Virus record (IMG/VR): IMGVR_UViG_3300023100_000003
Span: 1 to 64,000 of that record
Length of the DNA stretch: 64,000 nt
DNA from: a virus
Lineage: Duplodnaviria > Caudoviricetes
Strand: one strand, 5' to 3'
The notes under the pieces are model-generated. The model saw only the letters and a program-made list of their open reading frames with translations, was not told where the DNA came from and ran no database searches. Shown piece after piece: positions 37,929-49,400 of this stretch. Position 1 is the first letter of the stretch; each line of letters starts with the position of its first letter. A program made the translations under genes and the position numbers.

Positions 37929-38627
37929 ATGACACAAGAGAAAGCAGTAAATACTAAAGTAGTACACCTAAAACTATCCAATCCACGTACTAGCTTATTC
38001 GTTAATGCAGTGATTACAGCTGTAGAGGATGGATGGAGTAGACTAGCAGATCCAGCTAAGGTACATACAGGAAGTCCATTACGTATATTATTACAGAAAG
38101 AAGTACCTGTAGATAGCTTCTGGCCACAAGAGACATCATGGAATTGTCATGCGGATTCATTTCCTACAGAACCTGTAGACGATACAGAACTATGGGAAAA
38201 TGGTGAATTAGGTGCAAGTGTTGGACATACTGTAGTTAGTGATGTTCAAATTACAGGTATAGATCCTATCATCCAAGCAGTTATTGATATTCCTGTAGAT
38301 CTATCTTCAGAAGAAGCTATGAATGAATTGGCTGATCTTACTGAAGAATTGGGTTTAGATGAGCCTATGGACAATCCTCTAATTAAACCTGAAGATAATA
38401 CTAGTGCTTCTGATCCTGAACAACCACTAGATGTTGTGTCAAGTGATATTGTAAATAAAACATCAGATGGATTTGAGCAACGTCCTTACACTTCAGAAGA
38501 ACTTCAAGACTGGAATTGGGCAAATCTGACTAAGCTCGGAGCCAGTGTTAAAGCTGAGAAAGGAAAGAAGCCTGAACTAATTGCAGCTATTGTTAAACTA
38601 TCACAAGAGCAATGGGGAAGTGTATGA
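37929..38627 (+). CDS. Acidic hypothetical protein with C-terminal HeH/Rho-N-like helix pair
   Basis: AGGAG SD before MTQEK; YTSEELQDW...KKPELIAAI tail. Confidence 0.55.
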   Translation: MTQEKAVNTKVVHLKLSNPRTSLFVNAVITAVEDGWSRLADPAKVHTGSPLRILLQKEVPVDSFWPQETSWNCHADSFPTEPVDDTELWENGELGASVGHTVVSDVQITGIDPIIQAVIDIPVDLSSEEAMNELADLTEELGLDEPMDNPLIKPEDNTSASDPEQPLDVVSSDIVNKTSDGFEQRPYTSEELQDWNWANLTKLGASVKAEKGKKPELIAAIVKLSQEQWGSV

Positions 38628-38866
38628 GTTTCAAACTTCTAGCTACTGAACTAAGAAAAGCTTTAGCCGATATTGAGGAAGCTGAAGCAAATGGTTTTAT
38701 GCATTGTGAAGCTGTATTTCAAACTTATGGAGTAGATGGTGTGTTTACAGTTTTGAAATATTCTGATTTATGGGAGAAAGCACATCCTACAGATATGCGA
38801 TTAGATTGGGGAAGATTTCAGAATGTAACTAAGAGACGTAAATTTGTTAATGGAGGTTTAGTGTAA
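38624..38866 (+). CDS. Hypothetical protein
   Basis: ATGA overlap with the upstream stop. Confidence 0.55.
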   Translation: MSFKLLATELRKALADIEEAEANGFMHCEAVFQTYGVDGVFTVLKYSDLWEKAHPTDMRLDWGRFQNVTKRRKFVNGGLV

Positions 38867-39162
38867 TGTCTATTAAAAAATATAATTTCACTGTAACTAA
38901 AACTTATGAAGTAGAAGTTAAAATTGATTCCGATAAAATTAATGAGGATTTCCTAGCAACTTTTAGAACCTATATGTGGGATGTAGAAGATGAAGGAGAT
39001 ATTGCAAACCATATTGCCAGATGTACTGCTTTTGATTTTGATCCCGAAGGTGTTGGTTTGCTTAAGAAATGGGACGAATCTGAAGAACAACAAATGTCAA
39101 GATGGGGTTTCAACTCTAAAGTGCTATATGAAGATGATGAGGTGGATTTAAGTAGTGAGTAA
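38866..39162 (+). CDS. Hypothetical protein
   Basis: TAATG coupling and GGAGG SD. Confidence 0.55.
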   Translation: MSIKKYNFTVTKTYEVEVKIDSDKINEDFLATFRTYMWDVEDEGDIANHIARCTAFDFDPEGVGLLKKWDESEEQQMSRWGFNSKVLYEDDEVDLSSE

Positions 39163-39169
39163 ATATTCC

Positions 39170-39198
39170 TTTACCTAATAAGAAACTTACTATATAAT
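39170..39198 (+). promoter_or_regulatory. Sigma70-like promoter
   Basis: TTTACC-17 bp-TATAAT. Confidence 0.55.
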
Positions 39199-39229
39199 AA
39201 CCTTACACCAACCAAAAAGGAGATACCTA

Positions 39230-39451
39230 ATGAACAAGATACTAAACACAATCCTAAAGAATAGAATATCAAATATAATCTTTACATTTCTTTTAACTGT
39301 TTTAACTTTTACAGGAGCTTGTTTTGTTAGTGCTGGTGTAGGGAGTCTTATAGTAATATTTGTTAGTGGTGGGGTAGCATTTAAAGTAATAGAGTGGTCA
39401 GACAGCAGACACAAGGAGCTGAATGGTCTTAAATTAAATAATTTGGAGTAG
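39230..39451 (+). CDS. Small two-TM membrane protein
   Basis: AGGAG SD; two hydrophobic stretches. Confidence 0.55.
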   Translation: MNKILNTILKNRISNIIFTFLLTVLTFTGACFVSAGVGSLIVIFVSGGVAFKVIEWSDSRHKELNGLKLNNLE

Positions 39452-39459
39452 TATATTTT

Positions 39460-40200
39460 ATGAAAAGATCTAGTTATAACCCAGATGAAAATACATTGAA
39501 AGCTAAGAAAGAACGTGGACAGACACGTAGAGTAAATACTAAGTTCGAAGATGAACATCATAAAGTTGAACCTATTCAAGCTAAAAATGAATTTCAGAAG
39601 AAAGTACTGAAAGCTTTCAAAACCAAACAGATTATAGCACTTATCACTCCTGCCGGTTGTGGCAAAAGTTACCTAGCGATGAGCCAAGCAGCAGATTGGT
39701 TTGTAAATGGAGATATTGATAAAATTACAATCGCCAGAACTGCTGTAGGAATGGGACGTACTCACGGATTTTTGAAAGGCAGTTTGGAGGAAAAGTACAC
39801 CCCTTTCCTGATGCCACTTATCGAAGTCTTTACTAAACGGTATGGGCAGGGGAAGTATGAAACAGCTTTAGCTGCTGGAAATATCTCGATGACTGCTACC
39901 GAACATTTGAGAGGCCGTAACATTGAGGGGGTGGCGATCCTAGATGAGAGTCAAAACACTACTCCAGAAGAAATGTATAGTATCATCACCCGTCTAACGG
40001 AGGAAGGTAAACTATTCATATTAGGTGACCCTACACAGACAGATATTAAATCTTTAAATGGGTTAAGTTGGCTAAAAGAGTTTGTAGAAAAACATTCTCT
40101 ACAAGAGTATATTGAAATAATTGAGGCTACTAGCGATGAAATCGTTCGTGGTGGTCTTTGTAAAGCCTTCGTTAAGGCTAAAGAATCAGAGAAAGTATAG
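39460..40200 (+). CDS. phoH: PhoH-like ATPase
   Basis: PAGCGKS, GFLKGSLEEK, LRGR, ILDESQN and GDPTQTD motifs. Confidence 0.92.
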   Translation: MKRSSYNPDENTLKAKKERGQTRRVNTKFEDEHHKVEPIQAKNEFQKKVLKAFKTKQIIALITPAGCGKSYLAMSQAADWFVNGDIDKITIARTAVGMGRTHGFLKGSLEEKYTPFLMPLIEVFTKRYGQGKYETALAAGNISMTATEHLRGRNIEGVAILDESQNTTPEEMYSIITRLTEEGKLFILGDPTQTDIKSLNGLSWLKEFVEKHSLQEYIEIIEATSDEIVRGGLCKAFVKAKESEKV

Positions 40201-40210
40201 GAGATACTAA

Positions 40211-40762
40211 ATGACATGTATTTTAGCTTGTATTAAAAACAAGAAAGTTCATATGATGGGGGATAAGCAAGGAAGTAATGGTTTCATCTACAGCAACTAC
40301 AGTAAAATTTCAAAAGTATTTAAGAACAAAGAATTTCTTATTGGATATACAACATCTTTCAGGATGGGGCAGTTACTCCAATATAACTGGGAACCCCCTG
40401 TAAAGTCTTCAGATGATTCAGAAGAAGTGTACTTATTCAACAAGGTTGTAACCAGTATTCTTAATTGTTTCAAGGCCAATGATTTTGGCTATAAAGATAA
40501 GGCTAATTGGGAAGGTGGTAATTTCCTTATTGGTTGGCGGGGAAGATTATTTGAAATGCAACCAGAAATGTCTTTATTAGAACATACAGATTTTACATCT
40601 GTAGGTAGTGGTGAATATCATGCTGTTGCAGCAATGAACACTCTGAGGATAACAAGAACTTATGACACAGACCCTAAGAAATTTCTAGAGACTGCCCTAC
40701 TAGTAGCTTCAAGATGTGTTCATGGAGTTTCAATAGAATATAATTATATTAGTGAGGTGTAA
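40211..40762 (+). CDS. HslV/proteasome-beta-like Ntn protease
   Basis: N-terminal (M)TCI nucleophile, GDKQGS, SKVF and SVGSG motifs. Confidence 0.75.
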   Translation: MTCILACIKNKKVHMMGDKQGSNGFIYSNYSKISKVFKNKEFLIGYTTSFRMGQLLQYNWEPPVKSSDDSEEVYLFNKVVTSILNCFKANDFGYKDKANWEGGNFLIGWRGRLFEMQPEMSLLEHTDFTSVGSGEYHAVAAMNTLRITRTYDTDPKKFLETALLVASRCVHGVSIEYNYISEV

Positions 40763-41151
40763 TTTGCAATTAAAGAAAGTGGTAAACCATTATAAATTTA
40801 AAAGAGTTAAAGATAACCCGAATAGTTATCGTTGTTGTGTACATGTCATTTTGTCTCAGGAGTGGCGTGAAACTAGATTAAGAACAGGGTATCTTTTAGG
40901 AGATCATCTTTATATCGTAAAAGAATCTGGAGTATTCCCTCATGGTAGATTTGAATACTACTGTTATTTCGTAGGAGAAATTGGAGCTGTCCATTACAGG
41001 AAAGATAATATAATGTTCTTCAAAGTAAGAACACAAAATCCATTTTAAGTATAAGGAATAATAATGAGTCATATTTTAGATCAATACATCGACTGTGATT
41101 TCCAAGTCGAGTTACAAGAAATTATCGAGGCGTTCTGTACGGGAGACGATT

Positions 41152-41463
41152 ATGAGCAAGAAAGTGAAAACTACAACGGTTACTTATTCCCAAGTACAGG
41201 AAGCAGCAGAGGATTATAAACACCCAAGTAAACATTATATCATTGATGCAATGGGAGATTATGTTTACTTCCATTGTAGGGAGCGTAGTGATGCTCAGAA
41301 AGCTGTAGATGAAGAGTATGGTAAAGGAAAATATTCAATAAGATTAGCGTCTACAGAGAAAGGTGGTGGAAATGTTAGCTGTAAAGGTTTTACTAATTCG
41401 AAAAGCCTCAGCGGCCAGAGATTAGTAAGTATAAGAAATTCACAAGGGAGAGGATGTGATTAA
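41152..41463 (+). CDS. Hypothetical protein
   Basis: GGGAG SD before MSKKVK; coupled to the downstream gene. Confidence 0.55.
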   Translation: MSKKVKTTTVTYSQVQEAAEDYKHPSKHYIIDAMGDYVYFHCRERSDAQKAVDEEYGKGKYSIRLASTEKGGGNVSCKGFTNSKSLSGQRLVSIRNSQGRGCD

Positions 41464-41912
41464 TGAATAGAATATTTGTAGATATGGATGGAGTGATTGT
41501 AGATTTTGAATCTGCTATGAAAGAAGCTAACTTACGTGGTGATGAACTTAAGAAAATGAAAGGTGCATATCTGAATATGAGACCTATTGAAGGAGCTATT
41601 TCTGCTGTACGTAGTTTAATTGGTATGGGGTTTGAGGTGTGGATTGCTACTAAACCTCCTACAGGAGTACCTCACGCCTATTCAGATAAGGCAGAATGGA
41701 TTATGAATCACCTTCCAGAGCTTAAGAGACGTATCATCATTACACACGATAAAGGTTTATTAGGAGATGCTGATGATTTTCTTTGTGATGATCGTCCACA
41801 TAAAGCTAACTGTGAAAAATTTCAAGGAATATTAATTCCATTTGTTGATGGGTATCATTGGCCAGATGCTTTGGATTATTTCAGGTTTGCTAAGACCATG
41901 AGAAGTTTATAA
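41463..41912 (+). CDS. HAD-family 5'(3')-deoxyribonucleotidase
   Basis: IFVDMDGVIVDF, IATKP, DKAEW and LCDDRP. Confidence 0.85.
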   Translation: MNRIFVDMDGVIVDFESAMKEANLRGDELKKMKGAYLNMRPIEGAISAVRSLIGMGFEVWIATKPPTGVPHAYSDKAEWIMNHLPELKRRIIITHDKGLLGDADDFLCDDRPHKANCEKFQGILIPFVDGYHWPDALDYFRFAKTMRSL

Positions 41913-42085
41913 TGAAAGATGATGAAATTATTTATGGTGCTGCTCGTGGAGCAGGCAAAACATGGATACTGTTTGAAGAAATGTTTTTAAAGATGAAATT
42001 CTGGAAAATCAAATCTCCTGTGATCCGTGAATATGCTAAGAGGCAACATCGGTTAGGGAATAAGTTACCTAGAGGTTGTCAATGA
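41912..42085 (+). CDS. 57-aa protein with an isolated Walker A motif (absent from ORF track)
   Basis: MKDDEIIYGAARGAGKTW...; TAATG and ATGA overlaps with both neighbours. Confidence 0.5.
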   Translation: MKDDEIIYGAARGAGKTWILFEEMFLKMKFWKIKSPVIREYAKRQHRLGNKLPRGCQ

Positions 42086-42570
42086 AAAAGAAACATTTGG
42101 AAATGTATATGGCTATTGCTGAAGCTGTGGCATCAACTAGTTCAGCTATTCGCCTTAAGGTAGGAGCAGTTGCAGTAAAAGGCAATATGGTTATTGGAAC
42201 TGGTTACAATGGACTAGCGTCTGGAATAGATGGTGCTTGTGAAAATAAAATCTATATGAAAGGGGCTGGTGCTTGGTTAGATCCTAGTTTAATTGAAAAA
42301 GAATACCCATATACCTTTAATGGAGAACGCTATAAGTTAGAAACTCGCCCTGAAGTTCACCATGCCGAAAAGAACTTAATTATTAATTTGGCTAAGAGTA
42401 CAGAGAGTAGTAATGGTTGTAGTATCTTCCTAACCCATAGCTGCTGTGCTGATTGTAGTAGAATGCTTTTAGATGCAGGTATTGAAAAACTTTACTACAG
42501 GAATGATTATAGAAGTGATGAAGGATTGAAATATTTAAAATCAAATAGTGTGGAGGTAATTAAATTATGA
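42082..42570 (+). CDS. dCMP deaminase
   Basis: KVGAV, GYNG, HAEKN and HSCCADC zinc motifs. Confidence 0.88.
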   Translation: MKKKHLEMYMAIAEAVASTSSAIRLKVGAVAVKGNMVIGTGYNGLASGIDGACENKIYMKGAGAWLDPSLIEKEYPYTFNGERYKLETRPEVHHAEKNLIINLAKSTESSNGCSIFLTHSCCADCSRMLLDAGIEKLYYRNDYRSDEGLKYLKSNSVEVIKL

Positions 42571-43554
42571 CAGATTGTTTTTATAAACAACCACCAAGTA
42601 ACGGTTTCTTTGGTAAAGCTCCTGTCATGTCAGAAGTTCAAAGACAAGAAGCAATTGATTACGGGAAACCATATTGTAAAAGAGACGGGGACATGAAATT
42701 AACTTTTTACTATTACAAAGATTGTTGGTACTTAACAGAATATGAGGAGATAAAGAATGACAGACGATACTAAAGACGAAGGTGTTAAACCACCAAAGAA
42801 GAGTAATGTAAAACCTTTACACAAAGGTATTGTAGTTGATAATAAGCCTGAACCTGTGTTTGTGGATAAGAATGTTGTAGATGAACTAGAAAGTCTCCTT
42901 AACGAATCTAAACAAGGAAATATTGTTGGGTTGGTTTACACGACAGCTAATAAAGATTATACTAGCGACTACAACATCGTAGGATCATTTCCAGTTCCTG
43001 ATAGAACACAAAATGTGTTAAGAGTATTGGATGATGATTTCTATGAATTCATTACACGACCACTAATTTGTGGAACAGGAGATTTAGAGGAATATGATTG
43101 ACCCCATCATTATCAATGGTAACGAAAAATGGTTAGATAAGCTTTGTGAGCTGTACCAAGGACAAACAATAATATTCAGGGATGCCACAGACAAGACATA
43201 CACAAATGCTTTAATAGATTTATCCAGAAGTCGTAGCATGATAATTGGGGTTTATAACAATACCACTGACATTGGTAAAATATTTGAACGTAGGAAGAAT
43301 AAGAGGATTAAAGAGTGAAAAAAGTAGGTGATTATGATTGGAGACAACTTTCAATATGGGATTTTAGTCCAAGACCCTGTATTGAGAAGTTTGTAAAAAG
43401 TAGTTGTGGTAAGCATGTATTTCATTATTATTTATTAAGGGTTGTAGAGATAACATCGCCCAATAGTTGGCGTAATGAAGTAGTAACATCTGTAGAAGGT
43501 GTACCAGAAGATATACTTAATTGGAAATGTCCTGAGTATAGGGTTAAACAATGA
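42567..43554 (+). other. Four tightly packed small hypothetical CDSs (42567-42773, 42757-43101, 43094-43318, 43315-43554)
   Basis: Overlapping starts/stops with SD sites; no recognised motifs. Confidence 0.55.
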
Positions 43555-43743
43555 CAACAGATAAACTATTCCACATAATTAGTCTTTTAGAGCTTGAAGT
43601 TGGATACTTACGTAATGTATACTGGCAATATAAAGCGAACATGAAGACAGAACAAGATCTTATTATAGCTTATAATAACTTCAGATCTCATATCAGTACG
43701 ATATGTATGGGAGATGATTAAATAATTATCCATAGGAGGGTAA

Positions 43744-44895
43744 ATGAAATACATAGTGGAACAAAAGAAGCTTGAATCGTTATTAGATAGTGAAGTGTGG
43801 GATCTACTGGCAGAACATAATGCTATCGTAGCTGGAGGAGCTATCACATCTCTATTTTGTAGTAGAGAGATAATGGACATTGATGTTTATTTTCGATCTG
43901 AAAGAGATCTGGTTAAGGTATTAGCTGCTATATTTAGCATTGAAAGTATTTCTGACCATGAGATAGGAAGTTTTTCTGTACATGTGTCAGGTTTAAGTCA
44001 ACGTACAATTATCTGTTCTAACCAAGAGCAAATGATTCAATTCATGACATTCAAATACTTCCCAGATGTACAGGATATCTTCGATACATTTGATTTCACT
44101 GTGTGTATGGGAGCTTATGATTGTAAGACACAAGATTTCACATTACACCCAGAATTCTTTAAACACAATTCCCAGCGTTACCTTAAGTTCAACACAGGAA
44201 CAGCTTTCCCTCTTATGAGCCTCATGCGTGTAGATAAATATAGGCAGAAAGGTTATGAGATTAGTAAAGCTGAATTACTTCGTGTAATCTTCTCTTGTAT
44301 GCAATTAAACTTGAATTCTTGGGAAGAAGCTAAAGATCATATTGGTGGGATGTACGGATATGATATGTCTAAAGCTTTTGAGGAAGATAAAGACTTCACT
44401 CTAGTTGAGCTATCAGAACAGTTATCAACGCTTCAAGAACGTGGTACAGAGCTTTACACACCTATTGGCCATGCTAATAAAGGCTTCTGGGAAATTGCAG
44501 AAGAACTATTCTACCGTCCTGAAGAAATATTACCTGAACCAGAATTACCTGTGTTTGATGATGAGAAATATTTATACAAATGTGTACAATCAGATGGTAC
44601 AAGTTATTATGGTTCCTCATATGGTAAAGTGGATTACATTGTAGGTAGTATTATTGATGTCCCAAGTGGTGGATTGTTTTTCCATAGCTCAAGTAAGAAT
44701 CCTTATGTACAGGATGATAATTGGGTTGAGTGTGAATTATTAGAAGGTGCCTTTAGTTCAGAGTATGGTAATCAGAAGAGAGTAGTCCATGGTGGGAAGG
44801 TTAAAGTAATACGTAGATTTAAAGTTAATAGTAGCCGTAATAGTTGGAGTGAGCTACAGACGTGGATGTTTAGTAAATTTGGTAATGAGGAATAA
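43744..44895 (+). CDS. Pol-beta-superfamily nucleotidyltransferase (CCA/poly(A) polymerase head-like)
   Basis: VAGGAITSL...DIDVYF, FDFTVC and RVDKYRQKGY. Confidence 0.75.
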   Translation: MKYIVEQKKLESLLDSEVWDLLAEHNAIVAGGAITSLFCSREIMDIDVYFRSERDLVKVLAAIFSIESISDHEIGSFSVHVSGLSQRTIICSNQEQMIQFMTFKYFPDVQDIFDTFDFTVCMGAYDCKTQDFTLHPEFFKHNSQRYLKFNTGTAFPLMSLMRVDKYRQKGYEISKAELLRVIFSCMQLNLNSWEEAKDHIGGMYGYDMSKAFEEDKDFTLVELSEQLSTLQERGTELYTPIGHANKGFWEIAEELFYRPEEILPEPELPVFDDEKYLYKCVQSDGTSYYGSSYGKVDYIVGSIIDVPSGGLFFHSSSKNPYVQDDNWVECELLEGAFSSEYGNQKRVVHGGKVKVIRRFKVNSSRNSWSELQTWMFSKFGNEE

Positions 44896-44899
44896 TAAC

Positions 44900-45949
44900 A
44901 TGGATAATACACAGAAAGTAGTTTGGTATAAAAGTGAAGATGGTATTTACGTAAGTAAACCTACATTCAACTACACTGGAAATAGGGATCGTATCAATGT
45001 AGCTTTAATAAACGATAAAGTACCAACGGATACTCATCTCTATGGCTGGCAATTTGTTGAAGGTGAAACAGAGCTTAAATCTTTAAAAGATAAGAAAACT
45101 GGCCCTATCTGCAATATCCGATATGAACTTATCAATCCAAGTTTAGCTGGTGATAAAATTCCTCTGGTGTTGACAGATAAACAAGTCAATGAAGAGGAAG
45201 ATTGGGAAGATGATGATGAGCCTTACAGTTGGCATAATCCTGAATTTAATAGTTTAAGATCTTTATATGAACGTAAGTATGACAGAGAGCCAGCTTTCTT
45301 TGTAGAGGTTCCTTTTGAAGCTGAATATTTGGGAGAAATCCTTGCTGACAATGTTAACAACATAAGTAATGCAACTTACAAGATTAATCGTGGACATTAC
45401 GCTAGTGATGGTTTTCAAGATATAAACATTAAAGATGTAGTTAAGTATTATGAATTAGAACAAATGTTAGTTTCAGATTTATTATTACATAATCGTCCTT
45501 GCTATCTCGATTCACCTACTACATACAAAATAGTTCGTAATTACATTAAAGATAATATCAACCCTAAAACAGCTATAGTATCTTCTGATTATGATTTCTG
45601 TTTTACTGTGGAAAAGAAGATATCAGTCAAGCCTTGGGTTAATCGTAGAGAGATTCTTACTAGTAGAGGTAAATCTTATCGTCCACTAAAGTTTACAAGC
45701 AGCAATGTGGAATACAAGAAAATTAAAGTATTTGAAATGACTAATTCTAAAGATAAGTATCAAGGCTATAGTGTTATTGATGGATTCAAAGGAGATAATC
45801 TAAAGAATTTGATTGACAATATTAAACTCTTCTTAGATGAATTATTAGAATTCATTAATCAGGAAGTATCAGAATGTGAACACTGTAAAGGTACTGGTCA
45901 CTTAGTGATGGATACTTTTGATAAGAATAAGCGTACTCAAGATGATTAA
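44900..45949 (+). CDS. Conserved phage hypothetical protein with C-terminal Zn-finger
   Basis: SDYDFCFTVEK and CEHCKGTG. Confidence 0.6.
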   Translation: MDNTQKVVWYKSEDGIYVSKPTFNYTGNRDRINVALINDKVPTDTHLYGWQFVEGETELKSLKDKKTGPICNIRYELINPSLAGDKIPLVLTDKQVNEEEDWEDDDEPYSWHNPEFNSLRSLYERKYDREPAFFVEVPFEAEYLGEILADNVNNISNATYKINRGHYASDGFQDINIKDVVKYYELEQMLVSDLLLHNRPCYLDSPTTYKIVRNYIKDNINPKTAIVSSDYDFCFTVEKKISVKPWVNRREILTSRGKSYRPLKFTSSNVEYKKIKVFEMTNSKDKYQGYSVIDGFKGDNLKNLIDNIKLFLDELLEFINQEVSECEHCKGTGHLVMDTFDKNKRTQDD

Positions 45950-46301
45950 GTTGATTATTGCTGGAGGTAGAAACTTTGATGACTATGCTCTCCTAAGAAC
46001 TACTCTTGACAACTTACTCTCTAAGACAGATTATAGAGATTGTACAATTATATCAGGTTGTGCTAAGGGAGCAGATCGTTTAGGGGAGAGGTATGCTCAC
46101 GATTACCTTATGGAAATCTGGAAGATGCCTGCTGACTGGAATACCCATGGTAAGGCTGCTGGGTACATTAGAAATAAAGAAATGGCTGAAGTAGCAACCC
46201 ATTGTGTATGTTTCTGGGATGGTGACTCTAAAGGCACTAAACACATGATTGACTTAGCTAAACAATATAATTTAATATTGAGGGTGATTATGTATGACTA
46301 A
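45942..46301 (+). CDS. SLOG-family (YspA/DUF2493-like) protein
   Basis: IIAGGRNF, ISGCAKGAD, AGYIRNKEM and FWDGDSKGTKHMI. Confidence 0.85.
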   Translation: MIKLIIAGGRNFDDYALLRTTLDNLLSKTDYRDCTIISGCAKGADRLGERYAHDYLMEIWKMPADWNTHGKAAGYIRNKEMAEVATHCVCFWDGDSKGTKHMIDLAKQYNLILRVIMYD

Positions 46302-46453
46302 ATTCCCAATGAAGAAACCTAAGTTTAAAACAGGATACTATGCTAAGAAGTATAGAAAAGCTAAAAGCTTATATTCTCCAAGCTGTGATTTTTCATCAAA
46401 GTCTTCTAGTACTAAGAATACCTTCATGCCCTCTCAATGTATAGGAGATTGAT

Positions 46454-49400
46454 GTGGAAATCTGCACTGACTACTATCCTAGGAATCTCCCTAAAGGAGA
46501 TAGGGAGAATAATGATTGTACAATAATAGCTTTTGCTAAAGTGTTTAATGTAGATTATAAAATTGTATCTGATCATTTGTTGAAGTTTGGCAAGAAGAGA
46601 AACAGAGGTATGACATACACTCAGATTGTTGCTTTCCTTGAAACTCTCACTAAGTTTAAAGCAATCCCTGTTAAAGGTAGATTACCAAAGTTACAATGTA
46701 AGAAGTTCATTCAACAAAACCCTACAGGAACTTACTTCGTAACTTATAATACACATGCTCTTGCTATTATTGATGGTATCCTGTATGATCATAGTGATAC
46801 AACTAGACGATTTATTGAAAACGCTTGGAGGATAGAAAAGATATGAGCAGCATATATAACTTTGTAGTAGAACTACAAGATCTTTGTAATAAATATGAAT
46901 TAGAACTTAAAGCAGACAGAGAAGAAAATATTGGTATTTATCCTCAAGATAAACCTATGGTGTTGGGTACTCAAACCTACACTTGGGGTAAAACTATTTA
47001 TGTTGATATTGTAAAAATGGATGATGCAGATGAGTAATTTTAAACCACAATGGTTCTCAGACGATAGTATTATTGAACAAAACATAGTTCCTATTATCAA
47101 TAAAGAAGGGAATGAAGACTTTGGTGTGTCACTTACAGTGACGACAGGGTATGCTTGTGTAGAAGTAGTGTTAGACTATAATGAGCTTAGGAATATAATG
47201 AAATATTTTGATGATGTAGCTTTTGATCAGTATGAGGAAGATGTTTATGAGTGATTTTGAGGGTGCTGTAGCCATTAGTAAAGAAGTGGCTAGTGTTGCT
47301 ATGGAGAAGTATAAAGAAGCTTACACACAGTCTGAAGAGGCTTTAAATGCTATCATAGAAGAACAGCAAGGAATAAAGAAAAGAGTATTCTCTCACTGGC
47401 GCTGGTTAGTTCCTATAGATAAGTGGACTTTAGCTGTTCGAAAGCATGTCGGCAGTTGGTACTTCAGTTACCATCATGTAGCATTGTCTGAATTTGGTTT
47501 AGCTTACGAAGATTATAAAATATTAGACAGCTTAAGTGTTTCTCTTGATATTCGATCTATGTTAGATATATCTTGTGGAGATAAATTATTATTTAGTCTT
47601 GAACAAGCTAAGTTTATAGAAGAATGGAGTAATAAATGAGTGAAATAAACTTCGGTAAATATAATGACTTCTTTGTTGAGGATAAAGTTGACCCATCTGG
47701 AGACTTGGAGATAGGAATACCAGAACATCAATCTGAATACGTAGTTCACAGTTGGCTTAATAAGGTATCAGCTTTGGAGTTGATTATTCACTTAAATAAA
47801 GTATTTGATTTAGGGATAAAAATAGATGAGTGATATACCCAAATGTATATGCCCTGTTAACACTCCAGAGCTGTATTATCACTTTCCAAAGTGTCCTTAC
47901 AAAGTTTACATGATTGCAATTAAGAAAGAGGATAAAGAATAAATGATTGAAGAACTAATACAACGAATAGAAAAGCTTGAAGCTCAAGTATCTCTTTTGA
48001 ATGGAATGAGTAGTGTGATTGATAAATCTGGACCTAACCATTTGATGCAGGGAACTACAACATCTCCTAGTTTAGGGTATAACTCAGAGTTAACAGGTAG
48101 TAATTTTAGAAATGTAGATTTCAATGAAAAGTTAAGAGCTGCTGCTGAAGCGTTTAGAGATAACTATCGATTGGATTGTGTAGGGAGTGATAGTGGAATA
48201 GGTAAAGCTAATATTGAAACTAAGGAGAATAAATAATGGTAGACACATATGGTATTATGATGGAGAAAGACAATTGGGGAGATTGGGTTCAGAAGACTGA
48301 CTATGAAGCTCTAGAACATGAAAATGATACTCTTCAGAAGAGAATAGAGGAACTTGAAGAAACTATAGAAGATCTCTTTGAAAGGTTACAAGAATATGAA
48401 TAATCCACAACGTGTAGTATGTGCTGCAAACAGAAACTCAAAAGGTCTAATAATTTGTGGGGCTAGACATTGGGATGATATTATGTGTACTGTAGTAGAT
48501 GCATTAAGTGTCAGTGACTTAGACTGGGAACAAGGGTTTATCGATAATTATGGTAAATTCTTAACCAGAGAAGAAGCTAGTGTCATAGCTGTGGAACAGG
48601 ACCAGTTGAAGGGTTATTATAAAGATTGCCCTACTGGATATTTATTTAGTGAACATTTGTATTAGGAGATAAAGTGACTAGAACCAACTGTAGACGTACA
48701 CGTTATAGACGTAGTGTAAGACAGATGAGTCTACTAGACGGAGCTTTCTTCCGTAAGGTAGACTTCAAATATGATGGGCAAAAGGTTTACAAGCTTCAAT
48801 ACACTAGTAAGTGGAAAATAAGAGATACTCATTATAGAGATGGGTTAAAGTGGCAAACAGCTAAAAGAATTGGAAGGTGATATGAATAAAGAAATATTAG
48901 AGCGTATAGAAATTATTCAAGAGGTTTACCCTAACACAGTTATGAACACCATATACCAAGCAGTGTGTGCCCACCTGTATGATTATACAGATGATAAATT
49001 CACAGAAATATCTGATGAAGAACTATTGGCTTGTTTAAAAGCTGAAATACATACAATAATGAATGGGTGAGATATGACTAGTCTATGTAAACACCCAGAC
49101 AAGAACCATAAGCTATGCTCAGGAGGGTGTGAGAAGGAATGTCAACGTATGAAAAGAGAACCTATCTTGTGGGGAACTATCCTAAAGGATAAGAAAGATA
49201 TTAAAGTAACATTTGGAAAGAAGGAGATAAAGAGTGACTAAGAAACAACTATTAAAAAGAATAAGGGATATAACATACAAACATTTCCATGATTCAGATG
49301 GGATAGAAAAACTACTCAGAAAGAATCCTGAGTTGGGCATACCCAAAGACTGTATGGTATTTCTAGACTCAGTCAAGATTGCAGAAGAAGTGTACAGTTT

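Noticed and set aside
39190-39579. - strand ORFs in the right arm (39190, 39951, 40297, 43608, 46900, 47513, 49182, 49499, 49623, 51275, 55458, 57909, 58906, 61812, 62987)
   Set aside because: Antisense to coupled + strand genes or lying in control regions; no recognisable motifs.
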